DNA from: Clostridia bacterium
GTDB lineage: Bacteria; Bacillota; Clostridia; Christensenellales; CAG-138
DNA length: 64,000 nt
Direction: 5' to 3'
Assembly: GCA_036677445.1 (NCBI GenBank)
Contig: JAVBWI010000027.1
Coordinates: 115,376-179,375, forward strand
The notes under the pieces were generated by a model. The model did no database searches, had not been told where the DNA came from, and worked only from the letters and a program-made list of their open reading frames with translations. Shown here piece by piece: positions 41,127 to 49,321 of this stretch; position 1 is the stretch's first letter; each line of letters begins with the position of its first letter. Position numbers and translations under genes: made by a program.

Positions 41127-42467
41127 TCAATCTAATAGTACATATTTCATGATCTCAGGCATATGCCTATTCATATCCTTTCCATAGGAGTATCCCGATG
41201 CCTCTTCATAGGAGGCGCCCGCCCCAATGTTATATCGGCTGGCGATCGTTGCAATCTGATCCAAAGAAAGCTTATTGGAGGGGATATCCGCAAAATCAAT
41301 TTTCTTCAGGTCTGCAAGATGCTTAGCAGAAATGAAGATGCTGAATTTTGGATTCTGGAGAGCTTTGATGATTTCTTTTTCCATAGTCGTATTTAGAATG
41401 TTTGGGGAAATCCCAAGTGTTTCGGCGGCAACTCTTATCTGCATACTAAGATCGCCAAATGATGTTTTATTAGGGTCCTTGGTAGCATCCCGCCACATAT
41501 CGCTCCACAATCCGCCAATTAATGGAAGGTTGGCAATTTCATCTGGAGTCTTGCCCCAATACTGTTCAGGAATCACTGGTGTTGTTCCCTTTCTAACAAA
41601 GTATGCAGCGGGATCGATCCATGGCGGATCGCCGCCCACTTCGGACCATGCCACACCGGCCAGGAGTTCCACAGGTATATCATATTTTTTCGCGGCGGCT
41701 TTAATAACGTCCCGATAGCCATATACCCACTGATTTTTAAACCCATATAAAAATTGGCTACCTTTATTATAAAGTTTCATATATTGCCACTCTATTGCCA
41801 ATAATGTATTCCAAGGCACATGAGAATTCGTCGGTATATCTTTGTAAGCTGCTTCAATTTCAGTAATCTCATCTTCTAAATGCTGCATGTTCTTGGTAAC
41901 AACTTCTGATTCTTCAAGTGAAGACAAGTTTGATTCGTTAATCTTCGGCTCTTCAAAATTCGATTGCTGACCATATGACGTAGGCACCGGCATAGTTCCC
42001 AATACTAGATCCTGCTCAATGTATGGATTGGCTGCTTCTTCTGTATAAGATCTTGGCATTATAGAAACCATATACTTTTCCTGCGCCTGCTTCTCCTTCG
42101 CGTTGCCATTTCCATTCACTACCATGGCCTGTACTTGCGCAGCTATGCCCGATAGGTCCGCGATAGATTTCTTGTTCTTTACACCGAGGTTTTCTAAATA
42201 CTCCGCATAAGCCACATAAGGATCGCCGCCGCTGAATGAAGCATCCGTCATGCTCAAAATCCCTTTATCTACCTTGTTATCGGATAAAATAAAATCCGGC
42301 ATGTCATTCGTTTGTAAAAGCCTATCTTTATCATAGGCGGTCTGCGTCTTAGGACCCCATATACCATCCACCTTAACGCCCAGCCGTTGCTGCTCTTTGC
42401 GCACATCGTCGGTGCTTTGTATGTACGCAGGAACCCGGGATCTATCCACTATAAATCTGCCCGCCAT
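41127..42467 (-). CDS. Candidate virion-cargo effector: N-terminal PG-binding-like tag and C-terminal lysozyme/lytic-transglycosylase-like domain
   Basis: RBS GGAGG then ATG 42467. N-terminus VRKEQQRLGVKVDGIWGPKTQTAY. C-terminus IKAAAKKYDIPVELLAGVAWSE (SLT-type catalytic Glu helix), TSFGDLSMQIR, LQNPKFSIFISAKHL, ASRYNIG. Confidence 0.7.
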   Translation of the reverse strand: MAGRFIVDRSRVPAYIQSTDDVRKEQQRLGVKVDGIWGPKTQTAYDKDRLLQTNDMPDFILSDNKVDKGILSMTDASFSGGDPYVAYAEYLENLGVKNKKSIADLSGIAAQVQAMVVNGNGNAKEKQAQEKYMVSIMPRSYTEEAANPYIEQDLVLGTMPVPTSYGQQSNFEEPKINESNLSSLEESEVVTKNMQHLEDEITEIEAAYKDIPTNSHVPWNTLLAIEWQYMKLYNKGSQFLYGFKNQWVYGYRDVIKAAAKKYDIPVELLAGVAWSEVGGDPPWIDPAAYFVRKGTTPVIPEQYWGKTPDEIANLPLIGGLWSDMWRDATKDPNKTSFGDLSMQIRVAAETLGISPNILNTTMEKEIIKALQNPKFSIFISAKHLADLKKIDFADIPSNKLSLDQIATIASRYNIGAGASYEEASGYSYGKDMNRHMPEIMKYVLLD

Positions 42468-42582
42468 TATAATTGCCCCCTCCATATCATTTGTGTGATG
42501 CATGGGTTCGCTCGCCATGTTTGGGGAACACCCTAACCTGACGCATTTATCCATTGCGCGTGCGGGGTCTTCTTCAAAGCCG

Positions 42583-42660
42583 CGGGTCATTGACAAACCC
42601 TGCGTTTTAACCCACAAAAATTCCGCTGACAAAGTCTTTTGGACTTTGTCAGCGGCTTGA
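42583..42660. mobile_element. Short MITE-like repeat (family 1b)
   Basis: Hairpin CCGCTGACAAAGTC..GACTTTGTCAGCGG, homologous to the ends at ~61889 and ~62877. Confidence 0.6.
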
Positions 42661-42691
42661 AAAAGTGGATGCATCCGCTTATTCAGCAGGT

Positions 42692-43543
42692 TTACGCGCC
42701 CGGATAGATCGCCTGTACCTGCAAATAGCCTGCTTCGCCCAGGCTGGCGATCAGCTCGTCGCGGTAGACGCGGTCCTGCGCCGTCGCGCCTTTATATATA
42801 TTGCCGCGCTGCGCGCCCGTAAGGCCCGCCAAAAACCGCATGCAGTTTTCCGGTGTGGTGATGCGCGCATATTCCTTGGCGCTGCCGCCGGATTTCTTTT
42901 GCGCCGCCTGCAGCTGCGCGATATAGTCCGCATACGCGCTCTGCGCGGTGGAAAACGCGAGCTGTCTCGTCTCTGCCTGCCGATTGGCGTTATACATCTG
43001 CACCTCCAGCGCGCGCGCCCGCTCCCGCTCTACGGCCTCCATCAAAAGCTGCGCCAGCGTGGCGGAATACTGCGCCTCCATCTGCGCGATGTCGTCCGCC
43101 TCCGCGTCCATCTGCCTGTCCTTCATGTCGGTCACATAGGTGCTTCTGCCCATGCCGCGCGCCCACGCGTCCGCGTCCAGCTCGGCGCGATTTTCCTCGG
43201 TCAACTCCTTGCGCCGTTCGATGGCCTGGTCCACGCCGGGGCGCAGGCTGCTTGCAAGCTGTGCCCGCAGGGACGCCGTGGATTGCGGCGTGTAAGAAAG
43301 GGCGGGCGTCTGCAGCAGCGACTGTATGCCCTGCATGAATGCGCCCAGGCCGCCCGTCAACTGGCTGACTGCCGTAGCGGGCCCCTGCTGCGCCTGATAC
43401 GCCGCCTGTGATTTCGGGCCCCATACGCCGTCCACCTGAAGGCTCGCGCCCTGCGCGTTGAGCTGCCGCTGCAGGCGACGGACCCCCTCACCGTCGGTCA
43501 CGCCCACAGGCGGCGTGTAACCCGGGATAAAATAGCCTGTCAT
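42692..43543 (-). CDS. Putative internal virion/ejection-like protein with N-terminal PG-binding-like domain
   Basis: VRRLQRQLNAQGASLQVDGVWGPKSQAAY; Ala/Gln-rich helical body with an AWARGMGRS motif reminiscent of podovirus ejection proteins; lies after the nozzle gene. Confidence 0.6.
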   Translation of the reverse strand: MTGYFIPGYTPPVGVTDGEGVRRLQRQLNAQGASLQVDGVWGPKSQAAYQAQQGPATAVSQLTGGLGAFMQGIQSLLQTPALSYTPQSTASLRAQLASSLRPGVDQAIERRKELTEENRAELDADAWARGMGRSTYVTDMKDRQMDAEADDIAQMEAQYSATLAQLLMEAVERERARALEVQMYNANRQAETRQLAFSTAQSAYADYIAQLQAAQKKSGGSAKEYARITTPENCMRFLAGLTGAQRGNIYKGATAQDRVYRDELIASLGEAGYLQVQAIYPGA

Positions 43544-43554
43544 ACTTTCCTCCT

Positions 43555-44208
43555 TTACCCGCCGTAGCCTGCAAGCAGCTCGTCAGCATACCGGTCAAGC
43601 TCTTCTTCAAGATACGCTTCCCACGTTTTCTCTTCATCGATCTCGGCCTCGATAGCGCCCGGCACATCGTCGTCCTCGTCCGACCTACGCCGGAAGGCCG
43701 CGCCTTCAAAGCCCGGCACGCGGGAGCCGGGCTTTAGGCCCGTCACGCTGCTGGGCGTGTAGCCAAGCATATTTCCATACGAATCAAACGCCTTCGCATA
43801 CTTGGCAAACTGCCAGCCGTTGCCGATATCGTAATACATGCCGTTGGGGCTGATCTTCGCGCCCATCGGGTAATAGAACCCGTCCTCGCGCAGCAGCGCG
43901 CCGTAATCCGTGTAAGCGCGCCCGTCGCTGCCGCGGTATACGTTGCCGGTATATCCGCTGATATGGGTGTATACGGGCGGCGCGGCGGATGCGCCCGAAC
44001 CCCTGCCGGTTGTGCCGCCGGACGTACCGCCGCCCTGCATGCCGGTATACGCCTTGTACGGGTCCGCGCCCGCGCCGTAAAGCGCGTCCAGCGCCGCCTG
44101 GGATTTATTCCCCCACGCACCGTCCATTTTGACGCCCAGCGTTTGCTGCAGCGCGCGCACCTCCGTGGTGGAAAGCCCCGGTACGCGGTAATCGCTTCTT
44201 ACTGCCAT
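43555..44208 (-). CDS. Putative virion-associated protein with N-terminal PG-binding-like domain, Gly-rich linker and acidic tail
   Basis: VRALQQTLGVKMDGAWGNKSQAAL; RBS AAGGAGG; inside the cluster. Confidence 0.6.
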   Translation of the reverse strand: MAVRSDYRVPGLSTTEVRALQQTLGVKMDGAWGNKSQAALDALYGAGADPYKAYTGMQGGGTSGGTTGRGSGASAAPPVYTHISGYTGNVYRGSDGRAYTDYGALLREDGFYYPMGAKISPNGMYYDIGNGWQFAKYAKAFDSYGNMLGYTPSSVTGLKPGSRVPGFEGAAFRRRSDEDDDVPGAIEAEIDEEKTWEAYLEEELDRYADELLAGYGG

Positions 44209-44290
44209 TTGGTATCCTCCTTATTTGGGATGGCCTGCAGCCACTTCTCCGGTTCCAAGGCCCCTTTGCAGCGGAACCTGATAGCACAGG

Positions 44291-44476
44291 CTATCCATTC
44301 TGCAGTTGTTCCTCCATCTCCAGCAGCTTCTGATAGAGTATGGAAAAGTTCTGGTTCAGGTTGTTTTCATTCTGGGCGACCTGCGTGTCGTATTCCTCGG
44401 GGCTTGCCTCCTTATCCATGCGCCGGAGCAGCAGTACGGGGAAAAGCGCCTGTACGCCGGTGGGAATGTACGCCAT
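44291..44476 (-). CDS. Small coiled-coil phage structural-type protein (61 aa)
   Basis: RBS AAGGAG then ATG 44476; NENNLNQNFSILYQKLLEMEEQL helix; follows the nozzle gene. Confidence 0.6.
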   Translation of the reverse strand: MAYIPTGVQALFPVLLLRRMDKEASPEEYDTQVAQNENNLNQNFSILYQKLLEMEEQLQNG

Positions 44477-44515
44477 GCTGCATTCTCCTTTCTTGTTAAA
44501 TGACATCCGGCAATG

Positions 44516-45997
44516 CTAAAGCGCGCGCAGACGGTGCTCGAATACCATTTGTACGCCGCCCAGTATGCGGAAGCGGGAGCCCGCCTCGTTGGAAAAGCGG
44601 AAGGCGAATGTGCGCCCCTCGTTGCGAAGCGGTATTTCCAGCACGTCTTCCTCCCGTTCCGGCATCAGGCAGCGGTAATTATGGAGGTTCCGGCCGATGC
44701 GGGCGTCCAGCAGCAGCACCGCGCCCTCTCCGGCGCTCTCCCCCGCGCCGCGTATATACATCTCCTGCAGGCACTTGATGCCGGGCTTGCTGCCCAAATC
44801 CGTCAGCGGCGTGTGCCAGTAGGCGTCGATGGGCGCGCCGTCGTAATCCGGCCCCTCGTCAAAGCGGTATACGGTGCGCGCTTCGTTGATAAGGTAGAGC
44901 GTACCGTCGTGCGCGCAGATGTCGGATACCGTAAAGCCGCGCCGCAGCATATAAGCTTGCCGCGCCGTATCGTAAACGATCAGCGCGTTGTCCGCCGTAC
45001 GGGCGGCGCCCGCACCGCTTTGGTCGCGGCTTTGTTCATATGCGGTGAAAATGAGCTTTTCGCCCAGCTTGGCGGCGCGGCAGTTGGTGAAGGACGCCCC
45101 TTCGAGGAAGCCGCGTATGCGCCGCGCGCTGCGGCTTCTAAGAGCCGTCTGCCCGTCGAAGTAATACAGCCCCGCGCCGGTCATCCAGTAGGGCACGTCG
45201 CCGTAGAGTACCCGCGCGGTGTTCTGCATCTGCTCCACCTCGGCATACACGCGGTACACGCGGAAATTGCCCGGCCTGTCGCCCAGCAGCCGGTAAACGG
45301 AGCGGCGCTTGAATATCAAAAGCTGGTTGGAAAGCGCGCACAGCCCCGTAATGGGGTCGCCTGAGGTATCGCCCACCTCCACATGCCCGCCGCCAGTGTT
45401 TTCGCTCGCCTCGTCCACTGCCCAGCTTTCGATCGTCCGCTCGTCCCCCGGGGCCTGGCTCCAGTACAGTCGGCAGGGGTGCGCAGGGTCGCCCGCGGAA
45501 AACAGGCGGCCGTAATGCATGGCAAGGAAGTTGACGGAAATGTTGGAAAGCTTCGCTTCGCTGCCGAACGCCTGCATGGCGTTTATGCCGTCCCATTTGA
45601 CGATTGCGTGTTCGCCGCAGGCAAGAAGCAGGTAGTCGGCGCTGCCGATCTGCGTCTCGCAGGCGTCAAAGCGCAGGCCCTTCACCGTTTCGGGGTAAGA
45701 GAACAGCAGCGTCCACGCGGGGGCCTCGTCGGTGATGACATACGCGTATACGTCGTTGCCCGCGATGGCGAGAAAGCGCTCGCTCACCAGCCCCTGCCAG
45801 TGCAGGAGCTTCCGTATGGGCTTTTCCCCCGGCACCGCCGCCGCGATATGCTTCACATACCCGCGCGCCACGGCAAGGCTGCCGTCGGCGGTATCCATAT
45901 TGCAGGCGTCGGGGCTGCTGCCCGGTTCTATCGCGCCCTCCTGCGCGCTTTGGTCGATGCCCAGGAATGCGGGTATGCGGTACTCGGCCACGGCCAT
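44516..45997 (-). CDS. Podovirus-type tail nozzle/stabilization protein (P22 gp10 / T7 gp12-like beta-propeller)
   Basis: ~493 aa and beta-rich; N-terminal FLGIDQS...SPDACNMD..DGSL..ARGY; YGRLF..GD...P.RLYWS; GDPITGL...NQLLIFKRRSVYRL.GD. Position after the adaptor gene fits. Confidence 0.72.
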   Translation of the reverse strand: MAVAEYRIPAFLGIDQSAQEGAIEPGSSPDACNMDTADGSLAVARGYVKHIAAAVPGEKPIRKLLHWQGLVSERFLAIAGNDVYAYVITDEAPAWTLLFSYPETVKGLRFDACETQIGSADYLLLACGEHAIVKWDGINAMQAFGSEAKLSNISVNFLAMHYGRLFSAGDPAHPCRLYWSQAPGDERTIESWAVDEASENTGGGHVEVGDTSGDPITGLCALSNQLLIFKRRSVYRLLGDRPGNFRVYRVYAEVEQMQNTARVLYGDVPYWMTGAGLYYFDGQTALRSRSARRIRGFLEGASFTNCRAAKLGEKLIFTAYEQSRDQSGAGAARTADNALIVYDTARQAYMLRRGFTVSDICAHDGTLYLINEARTVYRFDEGPDYDGAPIDAYWHTPLTDLGSKPGIKCLQEMYIRGAGESAGEGAVLLLDARIGRNLHNYRCLMPEREEDVLEIPLRNEGRTFAFRFSNEAGSRFRILGGVQMVFEHRLRAL

Positions 45998-46001
45998 ATT
46001 C

Positions 46002-46544
46002 TCACCACCTGTTCTCGAACCGGTAGCGGTCCGGCTCGCCCAAAGCGGCGCGCAGGCTGCGCTTGCCCGCGTTGTACAGCTCGAAATACACGTTTGCCCC
46101 GCGCTGCATGGCAGGGTCGGCGCTCGCGCGCTCGCGCGCCACCACATAGGTTACGATCATGCCGTGGCAGAAGTCGGGCAGCTCCGGCACGTCGGTGGGG
46201 GAGCTCATATCATCGGGCAGGTAGCGGTAGTGAACGAGCACCGCGCCGTCGTCGCACAGCACGCGCACGCGCGTGCTGGAAGGCCCGGTGATAAAGGGCA
46301 CGCGCGCCATGCCGCGGGATACGGAAAGCACCTTGGCGCAGCAGCGCGGCAGCTCCGCGATATCCGCAATACCGCCGGAAACATTGAGCGGGTCGCTGCG
46401 GCGAAGCTGCAGAACGGTCGCAAGGTCCGTTACGGCTTCGTTGGCGTAACGGGTCAGCTTGTCACGCCAGGTATCCACCGTCTGGCTGTCGTGGCCGCGG
46501 TCAAGCTGCGCCAAAGCGGAGACGATGATATCGTTGAGCGTCAT
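46002..46544 (-). CDS. Head-tail adaptor (P22 gp4 / tail tubular A-like)
   Basis: MTLNDII..AL..L.........L.RYANEA..DL..; V.YRYLP.DM....DVPELPD..H..IVTYV; synteny after the capsid gene. Confidence 0.7.
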   Translation of the reverse strand: MTLNDIIVSALAQLDRGHDSQTVDTWRDKLTRYANEAVTDLATVLQLRRSDPLNVSGGIADIAELPRCCAKVLSVSRGMARVPFITGPSSTRVRVLCDDGAVLVHYRYLPDDMSSPTDVPELPDFCHGMIVTYVVARERASADPAMQRGANVYFELYNAGKRSLRAALGEPDRYRFENRW

Positions 46545-46549
46545 GCCCC

Positions 46550-46825
46550 TCACCCGACCTTTTTACCGCGCCCGCGGTAGGCGCGCACCTTCTCTTCGCT
46601 TTCCACACGCACGCGGGCGCTCTGGGCGATGAGCGCGGCGAGGCTTTGCGGAAGCGCCACCTCCACGCCGGTCTTGATGCGGAAGAAGTGGCCGTTGATG
46701 CCGCCCTCCCAGTAGCCGCCCAGGTTATCCGGCGATATGGTAACGCGGACTTTGGGCTCGGATTGCAGCGCCGCGCCGGTATCCGAGGCGAGGCGGTCGA
46801 TCTGCTGTTCGGTTAAGTAATTCAT
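46550..46825 (-). CDS. Small phage head-associated hypothetical protein
   Basis: 91 aa; PKVRVTI...GGINGHFFRIKTGVEVALPQSLA, a pattern I associate with proteins encoded right after N4-gp56-type capsids; RBS AGAGGAG. Confidence 0.65.
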   Translation of the reverse strand: MNYLTEQQIDRLASDTGAALQSEPKVRVTISPDNLGGYWEGGINGHFFRIKTGVEVALPQSLAALIAQSARVRVESEEKVRAYRGRGKKVG

Positions 46826-46844
46826 ATATTTTCTCCTCTCATGT

Positions 46845-47230
46845 TTTCGAGAAAGTGCCTTGCGGCACTTTCTCGAGGTTCACCGTGCAAGTCGTCGCTC
46901 GGTTTCCTGCTTACGCAGGAAAGCTGTCGCGCCAACTTGCGCTTCAAGGTGTCATTTTGCACCGTACATGCCGCTGCAAAATGACGGATTGAAAGCCTCC
47001 GGGGGCAGGCCCCCGAAGCCCCTGGGGGGTATTTACTCAACGCAGCCCTGCATTCCCCTATACGGCTTCCAATCGTCAAAACGGATGACATGCGCATCCG
47101 TTTTGACACCTTGCACGGCCGCCGCCCGGGGAATGCCGCAGCATTCCTAGGCGGCCGTGTGGAATCCGTCCCAATGCGCTGATGCGCATTGGGACGACCT
47201 CAGAAAAATGGCCAACGCCATTTTTCTGAC
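46845..47230. mobile_element. Composite MITE-like repeat (family 1) inside the phage-like cluster
   Basis: End hairpins TCGAGAAAGTGCC..GGCACTTTCTCGA and TCAGAAAAATGG..CCATTTTTCTGA; core shared with ~38760-38865. Confidence 0.7.
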
Positions 47231-48465
47231 TATGCGCTTACACTGTGCTCGATGCGTACCACCCACAGCGGGTTGAGTATGGTGGCGGTGTAGGCCGCGA
47301 CCTTTGCGCCCACCGTACCGCGCTGGTCAAGCGGATCGGCCGCGCCGGCGCTGCCGGGGCGTTTGACGATGGTCTGCAGCGTGCCGGAGCCCATCACGTC
47401 CACCACGCCGTAGGAATCAGCGCCGAACACCAGCGTGGCGTGGATATCCAGCCCCGCTTTGGTGGTGTCGTCCAGAGCGCCCGCGTCCTCGCTGTACACC
47501 AGCGTGTCCGCGGCAATGGCGGAGGCGACGACAACGGAAAGCGTAATGGTATTGGCCGCCTGGCTGACGCCGGCGACAGCGTATTCCGTACTGCCGATCC
47601 TGATCTTCGCGCCCTCCTGCGAAAGGTAAGCGCGGGCGGCGTCGGAAATGCCGTCCACCACCACGTCCGCGCTGCCCGCGGCGTGGCTTGCGACGGCGGT
47701 CAGCACGCTCTGGCGGTACACCTTTGTTTCGGTGCTTTCCACAAACACCACGCCGAACAGGCGGCCGATCTCGCCGGAATAGATCTGCTCCGCGTTAGAG
47801 TATTTGGAGACGTCCTGCCACAGGCTGTCGCTCTGCAGGTCATAGGTGGCCTCCGGCGAGCAGATGCAGATAAAGTGCGGCTTGCGCGCCTCGCCCTTTT
47901 CGTTGGCGGTGAAATGGCGCGCCTTGGCCTTTTTGAGCGTCCGTACGGCCTTTCGCACCTCGGAAACGCTCAGCTTGTCGTTCACGGTGACCTGCAGGCG
48001 GGACGTACGGCCGCCCGCATACTGTACGTTGGTGCCGGCGCACATGGCGTCGCGGGTGATCCACTCCACTACGGTGCCCAACTGCTCGCCCAAGAGCTCC
48101 GCGCTGTCGGATACCACCTCGTCGTAGGCGGTCGCTTCCAGAACATCCGAGATCTCCACATACGCGCCGTACTGCGCGACCTCGGCCTCCACCCTGCTTT
48201 GGGAGAGAGACTGCCCTTCCGGCGTTACGCCTTCCATGAGCGGGGCGGCGGCCAGTTCCGGCGAAAACAGGTCGTAGCGCCGGAACTCCACGCGCTTGCC
48301 GTTGTTGCGCGGTATGGAGCGCTTCTGGCCGAATTTGGCGAATACCAGCTTGGTGCGCGCGGTCTCCAGCAGCTTTTTGTCGTAGAAGTTTTTGTTGAGG
48401 TACGTCTGGCTGCCGCCGCCCGGAAGGGCCGCGGCGGTGTTGATGGTGGTTTGTGTATTGGACAT
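47230..48465 (-). CDS. Major capsid protein, N4-gp56 family (HK97 fold)
   Basis: FYDKKLLE.A...LVF.KFGQKRSIPRNNGK.VEFRRY, PLMEGVTP.G, QYGAYVEISD, GEIGRLFGVVFVES, FGADSYG, DPLDQRGTVGAK; RBS AAGGAGG. Confidence 0.9.
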   Translation of the reverse strand: MSNTQTTINTAAALPGGGSQTYLNKNFYDKKLLETARTKLVFAKFGQKRSIPRNNGKRVEFRRYDLFSPELAAAPLMEGVTPEGQSLSQSRVEAEVAQYGAYVEISDVLEATAYDEVVSDSAELLGEQLGTVVEWITRDAMCAGTNVQYAGGRTSRLQVTVNDKLSVSEVRKAVRTLKKAKARHFTANEKGEARKPHFICICSPEATYDLQSDSLWQDVSKYSNAEQIYSGEIGRLFGVVFVESTETKVYRQSVLTAVASHAAGSADVVVDGISDAARAYLSQEGAKIRIGSTEYAVAGVSQAANTITLSVVVASAIAADTLVYSEDAGALDDTTKAGLDIHATLVFGADSYGVVDVMGSGTLQTIVKRPGSAGAADPLDQRGTVGAKVAAYTATILNPLWVVRIEHSVSA

Positions 48466-48483
48466 ATGCTTCCTCCTTATGTA

Positions 48484-48725
48484 TTATCAAAAAAGCGGCA
48501 TCCGCCGCTTTTTTGAGTTTCCACATGCAGGTTCGCTCACCGCTCACCTGCGACCTTTGTTTGTCGCCGTAGGCGACATCGGTGGTGCCCGAAGGGTGCC
48601 TGCAAGGTGTCATTTCTGACGCACCTGTCGTCAGAAATGACGGATTTTATGGTTTCTCCGATATTTTACGCAAGTGGGGCGGCGGAGCGCCCCGCTACGT
48701 GGGCCTTTGATGGGTTCTCAGGCGC
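48484..48725. mobile_element. MITE-like repeat (family 1) between the scaffold and capsid genes
   Basis: TCAAAAAAGCGG..CCGCTTTTTTGAGTTTC end (compare ~59443) and AAGGTGTCATTT..AAATGACGGATT module (compare ~46946 and ~38806). Confidence 0.65.
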
Positions 48726-48743
48726 GTTACGCTTCCACATTCT

Positions 48744-49265
48744 TTACAGCTTGACCTTTACGCCCCGGCGGGCCTTTTCGCGGTATTCGTGCTCCAGCTT
48801 CGCGAACTCCTCCGGCGACATGGAAAGGTAGTCCCGCGCAGGCGCCGCGGCGGTGTCCGCGCGGGCGGCGCGGGGCAGCCCTTCGCGCGCGCGAAGGCGG
48901 GTGACGATGGCCTGCATGGCGTTGCGCTCCGCCTCGGCGGCGCGCTTTTCCGCCTGGTATACGCGTACGGCGGCGTAGGCGGGCATCTCGATTACCAGCC
49001 GCACAAAAGCCGGGTCCTGTACGGCGGCTTCCAGGTCGAAATCCTCGGGCAGCAGGTTCTGCTGCAGCAGTGCGTCGATCTCGCGCTTGAGGCTCTCCGG
49101 GTCAAGGGCGCGGGCATTGCCCGCGGGGGGCGGCGCAGGCTGCGCGGGCATGCGCCCGGGCATTGCGCCCGCGGGCATACCGTCCGCGGGCGCGGCGGGC
49201 GCCAGGCCTGCCTGCGGCGTATATTCGAATGCGCTCTCGGGGAAACGGGTAAATTTCTCTTTCAT
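48744..49265 (-). CDS. Putative capsid scaffolding protein
   Basis: Lies between portal and capsid; Pro/Ala-rich N-terminus, helical core and C-terminal DYLSMSPEEFAKL..RRG.KVKL tail typical of scaffolds; RBS AAGGAGG. Confidence 0.65.
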   Translation of the reverse strand: MKEKFTRFPESAFEYTPQAGLAPAAPADGMPAGAMPGRMPAQPAPPPAGNARALDPESLKREIDALLQQNLLPEDFDLEAAVQDPAFVRLVIEMPAYAAVRVYQAEKRAAEAERNAMQAIVTRLRAREGLPRAARADTAAAPARDYLSMSPEEFAKLEHEYREKARRGVKVKL

Positions 49266-49301
49266 AAGCTCCTCCTTTTTCTTTGTGGGTCGTATGTGGT
49301 T

Positions 49302-49313
49302 GAACGGTGGTTC
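49302..49313. promoter_or_regulatory. Possible LexA (Cheo) box between portal and scaffold
   Basis: GAAC-GGTG-GTTC in a 56-bp intergenic gap. Confidence 0.35.
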
Positions 49314-49321
49314 TTAACGGG

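Noticed and set aside
42468-42674. N-terminal extension of the 515-aa ORF
   Set aside because: It spans a MITE-like hairpin; the RBS and the shared tag place the true start at 42467.
46822-47150. Small ORFs at 46822-47109 and 46860-47150, and similar peptides at 38704-39115
   Set aside because: They are translations of the shared MITE-like repeat rather than genes.
47230-48465. Encapsulin nanocompartment
   Set aside because: The capsid is accompanied by portal, scaffold, adaptor and nozzle genes, which encapsulin operons lack.
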